Shown: one piece after another, positions 42,793 through 54,271 of the stretch | How the letters are laid out: every line of letters begins with the position of its first letter | How positions within the stretch are numbered: the first letter of the stretch is position 1 | Translations under genes and position numbers: made by a program | Notes under the pieces: generated by a model | Databases searched by the model: none | Told to the model about the DNA's origin: nothing | What the model saw: the letters and a program-made list of their open reading frames with translations, nothing else | Assembly: GCA_963725045.1 (NCBI GenBank) | Contig: CAVRWY010000018.1 | Location: 93,580 to 157,579 of the forward strand | Direction: 5' to 3' | Source of the DNA: an uncultured Gemmatimonadales bacterium | Lineage (GTDB): Bacteria > ARS69 | DNA length: 64,000 bases

Positions 42793-44505
42793 TGCGTCTC
42801 GCCTCAGGATGGATAGGAAGGGGGCCATGCATCGTGCGACGCCAGAGCGGAGGCCTCCTCCTCCCTCTTCGGCACGAGGTCGTCGAAGGATGATGGGACT
42901 TCGTGCGCCGCCGGCAGTCTCCACCGTCACTGCGGTGCCCACTCCCGGCGTCGACTTGATGCGGATCGCGCCGCCGTGTCCTTCGACGATGCGCGACGCG
43001 ATGGAAAGCCCGAGCCCCGTCCCTCCCGCCTTCGACGTCTGGAACGGTTTGAACACGCTCTCCAGCTCGTGCGGCGCGATGCCCACTCCGGTGTCGCGAA
43101 ACACCACGTGAATCCGACCGTCGCCGGGACTTTCGCCGGTGATGCGCAAAATTCCACCGACCTGCATCGCTTCCAGCGCGTTTCGAGCGAGATTGAAGAA
43201 GACTTGCTTGATTCCCTCTTCTTCGACCATCGCGTCGGAAATCTTGGTCGCGGGGGAACTCCACCAGGATCAGCTTGCCGATCGAGAGAGTCTTGTCGTG
43301 CTGGAGGAGCCGCGCCGACCCCGTGCGCGGTGAGCGCGATGTCGTGGCAGCGACTTGGACGAGCGAATGGTCGCGCGTGTAGTCCAGGAACCCGTCGATG
43401 ATGCGATTCAGGCGCTCGGATTCCTTCACGATGAGCCCCATGAGCTCGGCCTCGTCCCCGTCCTTGGCCTCCTCGCGCAGCACCTGGGCCGCGCCCGAGA
43501 TCGAGGCCAGGGGATTGCGAATCTCGTGCGCCACGCCGGCGGCGAGCTCACCGAGCGTGGCCAGCTGCTCGGAGCGGCGCATCGCGCGCTCCATCACGCG
43601 CAGCTCGCGGAGGTCGGTGATGGCCACCACCACGCCCTCGGACACGCCGTCCTCCCCGGGAAGCGGTGTGATCGCCACGCCGACCGGACGCGCGCTCGGG
43701 CCCTTGCCCAAGCATGACTTCCTCGCGCACCGCCCACTTGCCGGTCGCGGCCGCGGAGTCGAACGCGTCGACCAATTGCGGGGCGATCGCGCCCAAGGAC
43801 TCGCGCAGGTCGACGCCGGCGATCTCCGCGGGATCCCCGAGCGCGAGCGTCGCCGCCGCGGCGCGGTTCATCCGCGTGATGCGCCCGGTGGGCGTGGCGA
43901 TCACGATGCCCACGGGCACGCTCTCCAGGACGCGCTCGGTGGCGGCCAGGACGCGCGCCATCTCTTCCGAAGTCTCGATCGCCCGTTCGTCGAGCCGCCG
44001 CGTCTCGCGACCGAGGTGCCCGGCGAGCGCCGCGACCGCGAAGAAGGCACCCGCGTGGCCGGCCAGCGCCAGCACGATTCCGGATCCCAGCCGGACTCCA
44101 AAGATCGCGAGCACGAGGATCGACGCCACCGCGAACAGGACGCCGCCACGGGTGTCGCGGAACAGCGCGCCGGCAAACACGGGAAGGACGTACAGCGGTG
44201 CGAACGGGCTGGCGATGCCGCCCGTGAACGCCACCAGGACCGTGGTCAGCGCGAACTGAACGACGAGATGCGTTCCGACCAGGGTGTCGAGGGAGAGGAC
44301 CTTGGCGACGCCGAGCGCACGCAGCGCGACCAGCAGGGACGTGCCGCCCAGGAGAGCGATGGATGCGACCGGCGAGATGCCGAGGACGCCGGTCAGGCGC
44401 GCGGTCGCGAGGAACGCGACCAGCACCCCCGACGCGACGAGGCACGCGGGGACCGATCGTCCCGCGCGTGCCCCCGTTCCCGGCTCTCCGTTCTCCGAGG
44501 AGCAT
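42793..44505 (-). CDS. pilS: Sensor histidine kinase PilS (several frameshifts; ends approximate)
   Basis: Six-TM region (TGGIASPFAPLY), PAS, LAAGVAHEIRNPLASISG, NLARNALEAM, DTGVGI, GGTGLGL; between pilC and pilR. Confidence 0.85.
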
Positions 44506-44512
44506 GTCGCGA

Positions 44513-45739
44513 TCAGCCGGCGATGACGTTGACCATCCTGAAGATCGGCAGGTACATCGCGACGACCATGCCGCCGACGATGCCGCCCATGAAGACGATC
44601 ATGACCGGCTCGATGACGCGAGGTGAGCGCTTCGACCGAGGTGTCCACCTCGTCGTCGTAGAAGTCGGCGATCTTGGTGAGCATCTCGTCGAGCGCGCCG
44701 GTCTCCTCGCCGACCGTGATCATCTGGACCACCATCGGCGGGAACACGCCCGAGTTGCCTGCAGCGGCTCGGCGATCGTCTCGCCTTCGCGGATCGATGG
44801 CGCGGGCCTGCATGATCGCGTCCTTGATGACCATGTTGCCGGCGGTCTTCGCGGTGATCTCGAGCCCGTCGAGAATCGGCACGCCGGACGACGATCAGCG
44901 TGCCGAGCGTGCGCGTGAAGCGCGCCACCGAGCCCTTGCGCAGCACGTCGCCGATCACCGGGAACTTGAGCAGCAAGCCGTCGACCATGTGCTGGCCCTT
45001 CTCGGTGGCGTACGTAGCTCTTGAACGCGAACACCGAGCCGATCGAGCGCCGACGATCATCGCCACCACTAAGTGCGCAGGAAGTTGGAGCAGCACGAGC
45101 ACGATCTTCGTCGGCAGCGGCAGCTCGCCGCCGAAGTCCGTGAACATCTTCGCGAACGTCGGGAATGATGAAGATGAGCATGAAGAGCGTGGCGCCGATG
45201 GCCACGGTCAGGACGACCGCCGGGTAGATCATCGCGCCCTTGATCTTGCGCTTGAGCGCGTCGATCTTCTCGATGTACGTCGGCGAGCCGCATCAGGATG
45301 ATCGTCGAGGATACCGCCCGCTTCGCCGGCGTGCGACCATGTTGCACGTAGAGCTCGTCGAACGACCTTGTGGTGCTTGGCCAGCGCTTCGGACAGCGTC
45401 CCGCCGGCCTCGACGTCGCTCATCACCTTCTGGCGATGATGTCGCGGAAGCTCGGCTTGTCGAGTCTGCTTCGCCAGAATGTCGAGGCACTGCACGAGCG
45501 GCAGACCGGCGTTGATCATCGTCGCGAACTGCCGCGTGAAGATCGCCAGGTCCTTCGTGGTGATGGCTCCCGCCCAGGGAAGCTTGATCTTGATCTCCTT
45601 CGGCTTCTCCTTGACGGAGGTGACGACGATGCTTCTTCGGCGCAGTGCAGCCATGAGCTCGCCGCGATTCGCCGCAGCTCAGCTCGCCGGAGACGTTCTG
45701 CCCTCCCGCCGTCCTCCCTTGCCATACGTAAGTCAACAC
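44513..45739 (-). CDS. pilC: Type IV pilus platform protein PilC (many frameshifts)
   Basis: Fragments YVWQGRT, FTRQFATMINAGLPLVQCL, KIKGAMIYP, GELPLPT, FTRTLGTL, FPPMVVQMITVGEETGALDEML. Confidence 0.9.
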
Positions 45740-45764
45740 GACGCGATCACCTCCTCGACGTGGA

Positions 45765-46928
45765 CTAGGACCGGCAGCGGTTGGAGCCGCGCTCCGACGG
45801 GATATCGTCGGCAGTACGACGACGAGCCGGCCATGGGGCCGCCGGAGCGGCCGAGCATTCCGTCGAGCTCCTTGGCGTCCGGGCTGCGGCGAGCGCGTCC
45901 TCGTACGAGATCTCGCGTCGATTCACGAGCTGCACGAGCGACTGGTTCATCGTCTGCATGCCGTACTTCTGTCCCGGCCTGCATGAGGCTGTAGATCTGG
46001 TGCGTCTTGCCTTCGCGGATGACCGCGCGGATCGCCGGCGTGCAGACCAGGACCTCGGCGACCATCGACGCGGCCCGCGCCGCGCGGCCTGCGGGAGCAG
46101 CTGCTGCGTCGACCACGCCTTCGAGCACGAACGCGAGCTGCGAGTAGATCTGCGTCGCTGCTGGTCCGCCGGGAACACGTCCACGATGCGGTTGATCGAC
46201 TCGTACGGCGGAGTTCGTGTGCAGCGTCGCGAACACCAGGTGGCCGGTCTCGGCGATCGTGAGCGCCGCGTCGATCGGTCTCGCGGTCGCGCATTTCACC
46301 GATCAGGATCACGTCCGGGATCCTGGCGCAGCACGTACTTGAGCGCCGTCGCGAAGCGACTCGGTGTCGGCGCCGACCTCGCGCTGGTTGATCGATGCAC
46401 TTCTTGTGATGGTGCATGTACTCGATCGGGTCCTCGATCGTCACGATGTGGCAGGCGTCGCTCGGCGTTGATCCGGTCGAGCATGCGCGGCCAGCGTCGT
46501 CGACTTGCCGCTGCCCGGTCGGGCCCGGTGACCAGCACGAGCCCCTTCGGCCGGTTCGGCGAAGTCTCGCGACCGACGTGCGGCAGGCCGAGCTGTCTCG
46601 AACGGCATGATCTCGAACGGGAATCTGGCGGATCGCCATGGCGACCACGCCGCGCTGCAGGAAGCACGTTGGCGCGGAAGCGCGACAGGCCCTTGCACGC
46701 CGAACGAGAAGTCGAGCTCGTGGTCGTTCTCGAAGCGTCTTGCGCTGCTCGTCGGTGAGCACGCTGTAGGCGAGCTGCGCGGTCATCTCCGGCGTGAGGA
46801 CCTCGGACGTCTCGACGGCGTGAGCACGCCGTCGATGCGGAACTGCGGCCGGCACGCCGGCCGTGATGTGCAGGTCCGACGCCCTGCGCTGGATCATCTC
46901 CTCGAGCAGCTGTTCTCAGCGTCACCAC
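45765..46928 (-). CDS. pilT: Retraction ATPase PilT (many frameshifts)
   Basis: Fragments ASDLHITAG, RFRAN, LVLVTGP, SGKSTTLA, IVTIEDPIEY, LRQDP, AETGHLVFATLHTNSA, AIRAVIRE (AIRNLIRE-like), YGMQTMNQSL. Confidence 0.9.
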
Positions 46929-48669
46929 GTCGCGCGACTCTCCGTCGGCGTCGGCTCGACCGCTTGTCGGCCGCGGTTTCCTTCGAAGAACTTCTTCGGC
47001 GGTCGTGATCCCCGCTTGAGCTTCATGCGCAGCGCGTCCATCCGCAGCGTGAGCATCCCTTCCTGAATCGCCGAGCGTCTTGATGTCCGCGCGTCGAGGC
47101 GCGGTCGAGGATCATGTCGCGGATCTCGGGCGACATCGGCAGCACCTCGTAGACGCCCTGGCCGCCCCTTGTAGCCGGTGTTGTTGCACTCGACGCAGCC
47201 GCGCCCTTCCTCGTAGATCATCCTTCGGCGCGTCCTCGCGCGGATCGAGCCGCAGCTCGTCGCAGCAGCTCGGGATGCGGCTGGACCTGCGCTGCTTGCA
47301 CGACTTGCAGACGCGGCGCACGAGCCGCTGCGCGACGATCAGGTTCACCGAGGACGCGACCAGGAACGGCTCGATGCCCATGTCGATCAGGCGGTCGATC
47401 GCGCTCGGCGCGTCGTTCGTGTGCAGCGTCGAGAGCACGAGGTGGCCGGTGAGCGCCGCCTTGACCGCGATCGAGCCGGTGTCGATGTCGCGGATCTCGC
47501 CGACCATGATGATGTTCGGGTCCTGGCGCAGGAACGCCTTGAGCGCGGCGGCGAACGACAGCCCGACGTCTTCGTTGACCAGGACCTGGTTGATCCCGTC
47601 GAGGTTGTACTCGACCGGGTCCTCGGCGGTCATGACGTTGACGTCGGGCTTGTTGATCTTGGAGAGCGCCGAGTAGAGCGTCGTGGTCTTGCCGGATCCG
47701 GTCGGGCCGGTGACCAGCACCATGCCGTACGGATTCGCGATCGGCCTTCGAAGTCGGTGCATCGCCTCCGGCTCGAACCCGAGCTTCTCGAGGTCGACGT
47801 TGAGGTTCGTCTTGTCGAGAATACGCATCACGATCTTCTCGCCGAAGATCGTCGGCAGCGTCGAGACGCGCAGGTCGATCGTGCGTTCAGCACGCTGATC
47901 TTGATGCGGCCGTCCTGCGGCACGCGCCTCTCGGCGATGTCGAGCTCGGCCATGATCTTCAGGCGCGAGATGATCGGCCGGCTGCATGGAAGGGCGGCGG
48001 CCATCATCTCGTAGAGCATGCCGTCGATGCGGAAGCGCACGCGGATCTTCTTCTCGTAGGGCTCGATGTGGATGTCCGAGGCGCCCTTGCGCACGGCGTC
48101 GGCGATGCAGCGAGTTCACGCAGCTTGACGATCGGCGCGTCGGTCTCGCCGTCGAGGCCGTCGCCTTCGTCGATCTCGTCCTCGACGACCTCGATCAGCT
48201 CCGTCCTCCATGTCCTTCATGACGTCGGCCAGCGCGTCCGCCGAGTCGTAGTAGCGGTCGATCGCCTTCTTGATCGCGCTCTCGGTCGCGACGACGGGCT
48301 GCGACCTCGAAGCCGGTGATGAACTTGATGTCGTCGAGCGCGAAGATGTTCGATCGGGTTCGCCATCGCCACGGTCAGCGTGCGGCCGACCTTGCGGATC
48401 GGCAGCGCCATGAACTTGGTCGCGACTTCGCCGGGGACGAGATCGATCGCTTGGCGATCCAGATCGAAATTGCGCAGATCGACCGCGGGCAATCCGTAGA
48501 TGCGCGACAAGACGGTGAGCAGGTCGCCTTCGGAGACGAACCCGAGCTTCACCAGACTCGCGTCGAGCGGGTCACCGGTGGATTTTTGCTGCTTCTTCGC
48601 CTGGTCGAGCTGATCCGGATTCAGAATCTCGTGCTCGATCAGCAGGGCTTCCAGCCGTCCCGTCGCCAA
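46922..48669 (-). CDS. pilB: Extension ATPase PilB (many frameshifts; 3' end approximate)
   Basis: [92 protein letters not shown]. Confidence 0.92.
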
Positions 48670-49117
48670 GAGTCGAATCCTCCCCGCGCGAGCCCTGCAG
48701 GAGCTCGCCGAACGTGATCCGATCCCCGAAACGGCGGACCGTTCCGGGCCCGATTCCCCGAACGCGGGTCAGATCCTCGGCGTCCTTGAACGGTCCGTGA
48801 GCGGTGCGCTCCTCGAGGATCGCGCGCGCCTTCGACGGTCCGATTCCCGGAAGCTCCTCGAGCAGCTCCGCACTCGCCCGGTTCACGTCGATCGGAAAAA
48901 GATCGCGCACGACCGCGGCGGATTCGGAGACGACGAACGCCGGCGAAGCAATCGAGTCCGCAGGAACCGGATCGGGAGCCTCTTCGAACGACTCGAACGC
49001 GATCTCGGACACATCCTGACGGGGCTCGGCTTCCCGGATTCGCTCCCGCTCGGGAAGGAATCCGATCCCGATACCCAGGGCGACGAAGAGGAGAACGTTG
49101 CGCTCCTCCTTCGTCAT
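48572..49117 (-). CDS. comEA: ComEA-like helix-hairpin-helix DNA receptor
   Basis: N-terminal anchor; IDVNRASAELLEELPGIGPSKARAI...GPF...DLTRVRGIGP. Confidence 0.88.
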   Translation of the reverse strand: MTKEERNVLLFVALGIGIGFLPERERIREAEPRQDVSEIAFESFEEAPDPVPADSIASPAFVVSESAAVVRDLFPIDVNRASAELLEELPGIGPSKARAILEERTAHGPFKDAEDLTRVRGIGPGTVRRFGDRITFGELLQGSRGEDSTLGDGTAGSPADRARDSESGSARPGEEAAKIHR

Positions 49118-49409
49118 GGAGACTCCCCGCCCACCTTGGGGTGTGCGAGGCACCTCCGTTTCCCGTATCGGTGGATCGATTCCGAAGCTTGATGCGCAGG
49201 TCCGCATGAACCCGTTGAAACAACGAGCGTTGTGAGAATGCGCAAGAATACCTCCCGATGCGTGAGGGATGGAGAGGAAGGAACAGTACGCAATGAATCG
49301 CAGCCGAGAAGTGGGGGACCCAACGAGGCGATGGACTCGGCCGATCCGCGAGGCGCAAAATGCCTGGGCAGCCTTCCCCCCGATCTTCCCTTTTAATGAG
49401 GAGGCCGCG

Positions 49410-51640
49410 ATGACCGCCGCACCGGGAGCTCGATCGATCGCGATCGTTTTCCTTGCCGGAAGTGCACTCTTTTCAAACCCAGTTGCCGAAGCCACTCCGT
49501 GCGTGGACTACTCCCTCACGCCGCATCCCATCTACTCAGTACTTCTTTTTCAATGAACCCGACGAAGCGACGAGGGTCGTCGCTCAAGGGAACTTCGCGT
49601 TCGTCGGACGCAGGGATCACTGGGGTGCGAGTATGGGAAGCATCGAAGTCTTCGACATCTCGACTCGTTCTTCGCCAATCTTGGTCGAGTCGTACGGATT
49701 CTTCGGCGGAGCCGAGGACTTCGTTCTTTCAGGTTCTCTGCTCTTCGTGGCGGCCGGAGATCAGGGGCTTCTGATTCTCGACGCGTCCGACCCCACCGAG
49801 CTCACCCTGGTGGGCCAAGTCAATCCCATCGACGTTCCCTTCGGGATCAACTACGCGATTGGAGTCGCGGTCTCGGGCACGATCGCTCTGCTCACCGAGA
49901 TCGATGCTGGACTTCGCATCATCGACGTGTCGAATCCGGCTGCACCGGTGCTCCGAGGGACTTACTCCGCGCACATGGCCGAAGACGTGGCGGCCTCCGG
50001 GTCCCTCGCCTTCGTGGCATCGGCGTACGAATTCGATGTCATCGACTTTTCGACCCCGACGAATCCGGTTTCCCTCGTTTACACCACGGATTTCGGGGGA
50101 GTGAAGATTTCTCTGCAGGACGATCTCATCGCCCTGGGTGGCGATTTGATCGATGTCTCCAACCCGTTAGCTCCCACCCTGCGTGAGCCGCTTGACGGAG
50201 GAGGTCGATCTCACCCACGCGGAGATGCTCCTGAGCGGAAGCCGAGTCTTCACTTCCTTGTGGGACGGACTCCGCATCTTCGACATTTCCAATCCGGCGG
50301 CACCGATCTTTCTCGCGCGAGGTCTGACCGGGGAGTGGACGCGCGGGGCGGCCGATCTCGGCGAGGTCGCGCTCGTTGCCAAGGACCAAGGTTTCGTTGT
50401 CCTCGATATCGATCCCATGGAACCCGCGAGCGCGATCGGCTCCCTCGCGATTCCGAGCCGGAGCACCTCGCTGGCGTTCCAGGGGAACTACGCGTACATC
50501 GGGAACCTCGAGCCGGATAACGTCCACGGCACACTGAACGTGGTCGACGTCTCGGATCCGGCGAATCCGGTGCAGGTGGGCACGAAGATTCTGCGTCCGG
50601 CTCACGGAGTCGCCGTGTCGGGGAACTACGCGGTGATCGCGGCCGGCGGCTATGGTGCGCAGGTGGTCGACATCGCCGTGCCCGCGGTCCCGAAGACCAA
50701 GGGCACCGCGAACACTCCGGGATTCGCCCGAAGCGTCGCCATCACGGGAACACTCGCGTGCATCGCCGATCAGGAAGGGGGGCTTCAGGTCGTCGACTTC
50801 TCCACCCCCGAGACTCCGGTGATCGTGGGATTCGCGGGGACGAATGGCCCGGCCCATCAGGTCGAAGTGGATGGCGGGCATGCCTACATCGTGGTGCTCA
50901 GCGACGGGATTCGCGTGCTCGATCTTGCCGTGCCGGCCGCGCCCACGCTGGTGGGAACCTTCGACCTGCCGCTGAGCAGTTTGGCCGTGGCGGGCGCGAC
51001 CGCGTTCGCCGTCACGGGTGCGGACCTGTATTCGATCGACGTTTCCGATCCAACCGACCCCCAGATCATCTCGGTCGAGGGCGTCGGGCCGCTCCAGCCG
51101 CCGCTCGATATTACAGTTCGCGACGGCCTCGCCTGCGTCTCCGGTCACGGGTCGACGCTCGCGTTCGTGGACGTGTCGAATCCGGCGGCGATGCAGCTCC
51201 TTGGGGCAGGGCCAGCCGGTGTGTCCGGCAGTTCCATCACGGCCCTCGAGCTCGGAAACGGAGATTTCGTGGGAACCGCCTTGTTCGAGGGGGGCCTCGC
51301 GCTCTATCCGATTCAGTGCGGCGCGGCTGCGGTTTCCGCTCCGACGGCGGCGATCTCGAGCAACGGGCTGCGCTTCGATTCGCTCGGCCCCAACCCATTT
51401 CGGCAGGAGACGCGCGTCACGTTCTCGATGCCGGCTGCAGCGCCTGCACGTCTCTCGGTCTACGACGTCGCGGGTCGCTTGGTTCGCGAGCTCGCGCGGG
51501 GGAGCATCGATGCCGGGCGGCACACGGTCGCGTGGGACGGCCGCGACGAATTCGGCCATGCCACCGCCGCGGGAACGTATTTCATCCGCCTCGAAAGCGG
51601 CGAGTCCGCGGTTGCCGAACGAGTTGCACGACTGAAGTGA
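49410..51640 (+). CDS. Secreted LVIVD-repeat protein with C-terminal FlgD-Ig/CTD-like domain (two frameshifts, near 49550 and 50190)
   Basis: Signal peptide; many LxIxDVSNPxxP repeats; C-terminus PNPF...LSVYDVAGRLVREL...WDGRD..G...GTYFIRL. Confidence 0.85.
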
Positions 51641-51666
51641 GCACGATTGGGGGCGGCCGGCCTTCA

Positions 51667-52728
51667 TTAGAGAAGCTCGCGCCGCCCCTTCGCTTCGAGC
51701 GCTTCGACGATCTTCTTCACGTCCTGCGCGCGATCCTTCCGGCAGACGAGAAGCGCATCCTTGGTGTCCAGAACGAGGACATCCTCGAGCCCGATGACGG
51801 CGGCGAGCCGCCCCGGGGCCGCGCGCACGAAACAGCCTTTCGCATCCACGACCATGGCATCCCCTTCCACCACGTTGCCCTGCGCATCGCGCGGAAGGAG
51901 CGCGGCGAGCGCGTCCCACGATCCGACGTCCGACCAAGGAAACCGAGACGGGACGACGAAAACTTTGTCGGAACGCTCCAGAAGTGCGTAGTCGATGGAG
52001 ATCGAGGGGACCTTTCCCCATTCTTCGCGCAGAGCGCGCTCGACGTCCCCGGCCGCGGCGATCTTCTCGCACGCGGCGATCAGCTCCGGTGCATGCCGGG
52101 CCAGCTCGTCGCGAACCACCTGCGCGCGCCACACGAAGATCCCGCTATTCCAGAAGTGGCGCCCTCCCACGAGAAACGCTTCCGCGGTCTTGCGGTCGGG
52201 CTTCTCCGTGAAGCGAACCACGCGGCGCACGCCGTGAGCTGCTTCGTCCCCGGCCTCGATGTAGCCGAATCCCGTCTCCGGCGACCCAGGCACGATCCCG
52301 AACGTGACCAGCGCATTGTGAGCCTCGGCGAAGTCGATGGCGACGCGGGCCGTGGCGCGAAACGCGTCCTCATCGGCGATCCAGTGGTCGGCCGGCGCCA
52401 CCAAGAGCGTCGCCGCGGGATCCTCGCGAAGCACCAGGCATGCCGCGAGCGCGACCGCGGGCGCGGTATTGCGGCCGGCGGGCTCTCCCGCGATGCGCCG
52501 GCGCGCGATGGACGGCAGATGCTCCGCGGCGACACCGACGTGCGCCGCGTTGGTGACCACCCAGGTGCGCTCCGCTCCCGCGAGCGGCAAGAGACGGCGC
52601 GCCGTGCGTTGCAGAAGCGATTCGTCCCCGCCGATGCGCAGGAACTGCTTCGGCGTCGCTTCGCGCGAGGCGGGCCAGAAGCGCGTGCCCCGTCCTCCCG
52701 CCAGGATCACCGCGTGCACCGAGCTCAC
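51667..52728 (-). CDS. manC: Mannose-1-phosphate guanylyltransferase
   Basis: VILAGGRGTRFWP.SR...PKQF, EPAGRNTAPA, PADH, ETGFGYI, FTEKP, WNSGIF, SIDYA, WSDVGSW. Confidence 0.94.
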   Translation of the reverse strand: MSSVHAVILAGGRGTRFWPASREATPKQFLRIGGDESLLQRTARRLLPLAGAERTWVVTNAAHVGVAAEHLPSIARRRIAGEPAGRNTAPAVALAACLVLREDPAATLLVAPADHWIADEDAFRATARVAIDFAEAHNALVTFGIVPGSPETGFGYIEAGDEAAHGVRRVVRFTEKPDRKTAEAFLVGGRHFWNSGIFVWRAQVVRDELARHAPELIAACEKIAAAGDVERALREEWGKVPSISIDYALLERSDKVFVVPSRFPWSDVGSWDALAALLPRDAQGNVVEGDAMVVDAKGCFVRAAPGRLAAVIGLEDVLVLDTKDALLVCRKDRAQDVKKIVEALEAKGRRELL

Positions 52729-52741
52729 ACGTCCGCCGCTC

Positions 52742-54104
52742 TCACCCGACCACCCGTTTCATGATCTCGGCGAGCTTGGTTTCCATGTCGCCGCGAATCG
52801 CGGCGAGACGTTCCGGCGTGTCCGCCTCGAAGCGCAGGATCAGGAGCGGCGTGGTGTTCGATGCGCGCACCAGTCCCCATCCGTCGCCGAAGTCCACGCG
52901 GGCTCCGTCCACGTCGATCACCGGGTGCGTCTTCTTGTAGTGCGCGGTGACTTCGCGCACGACGTCGAACTTCTTCTCCTCGGGACAGGGCACCCGAATC
53001 TCCGGGGTCGACGGATACGACGGAATCGTCGCCATGATCTCGGAGAGCGGCGCATCCGCCTTGGCCACGATCTCCACGAGCCGCGCCGCCGCGTACAGCG
53101 CGTCGTCGAAGCCGTACCAACGGTGCGCGAAGAACATGTGCCCCGACATTTCGCCGGCCAGCGCGGCGCCGGTCTCCTTCATCTTCTGCTTGATGAGCGA
53201 GTGCCCGGTGCGCCACATCACCGGCGTGCCGCCGTGCGCCTTGATGTCCTCGATCAATCCCTTGGAGCATTTCACTTCGAAGATGATCGAGGCCGGCCCG
53301 TCCTGCAGCACGTCGCGCGCGAAGAGCGCGAGCAGAGCGGTCGCCCCAGATGATCGTGCCGCGGTCGTCGACGACGCCGATGCGATCGGAGTCGCCGTCG
53401 AAGGCGATGCCCATGTCCGCACCGGTCTCGCGCACCTTCGCGATCAGCGTCTTCAAGTTCGCTTCCACGGTGGGATCGGGATGATGATTCGGAAAGCGGC
53501 CGTCCGGTTCGCAGAACAGCTTGTGCACCGTGCAGCCGAGCGTCTCCAGCATGCCGGGCGCGTGCGGGCCGGCCGTTCCGTTGCCGGCATCCACCACGAC
53601 AGTGAGGCCGCGCGGAGGCACGATCTTCTCCGTGATGCGCCCGAGATACTCGGGGAGCACGCGCTTCTCCGAGGTCGAACCGGCGCCCGTCACGAAATCG
53701 TCCCGCTCGATCAACTCCCGCACCGCCTGGATCTGCGGGCCGTAGAGCGATGCTTTCCCCACCGACGTCTTGAATCCGTTGTACTCCGCCGGATTGTGGC
53801 TCCCGGTGATCATCACGCCGCCGCCGACGTTCATCGTGTACAGCCCGAAGTAGAGCGCGGGGGTGGGCACGACTCCGAGATCGATCACGTGAAGCCCGGT
53901 GGAGACCAGCCCCTTCACGAGATCGTCGCGAATGCGATCCGACGACAAGCGCACGTCGCGCCCCACGACGCAGTCCTTGGCGCCCGCACGCACCAGCGTG
54001 GTGCCGAGGCCCTTGCCGATGGCGGTGCACGTCGCGGAATCGAGCTCCGGCTCGACGACGCCGCGGATATCGTACTCACGGAAGATGGCCGGCGAGATGC
54101 GCAT
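52742..54104 (-). CDS. algC: Phosphomannomutase/phosphoglucomutase (frameshift near 53340)
   Basis: IFREYDIRG, ITGSHNP, FPNHHPDP, DGDSDR, GEMSGH, WGLVRASNT. Confidence 0.93.
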
Positions 54105-54106
54105 GC

Positions 54107-54271
54107 TAGTGTCCCGTCCCGGAAGTAATGTGTAGATCCCGGCGAGTCATCCTGCCCGCTGGCAAGGCGTGACGACGATGCCGTATCACTGTGAAGATAC
54201 GGCGAGGAGGACGACGCCGCCAGCGGCGAGGGCCGGCGCGATCTGCGCAGTACTTCCGGGACGGGACACTA
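54107..54271. mobile_element. MITE (165 bp including the duplicated TA)
   Basis: Perfect 21-bp inverted repeats TAGTGTCCCGTCCCGGAAGTA (54107-54127) and TACTTCCGGGACGGGACACTA (54251-54271); no ORF; removing it restores cvpA-stop-C-ATG(algC). Confidence 0.8.

Noticed and set aside
42028-43230. Hybrid HATPase-receiver fusion of PilS and PilR
   Set aside because: It lies in the indel-rich zone, and PilR has its own ATG at 42792 with a normal receiver N-terminus.
49280-49400. c-di-GMP-I riboswitch upstream of the LVIVD gene
   Set aside because: CGCAAA is present, but the GGCAAAC..GAAA P2 hairpin and the P1 pairing are missing.
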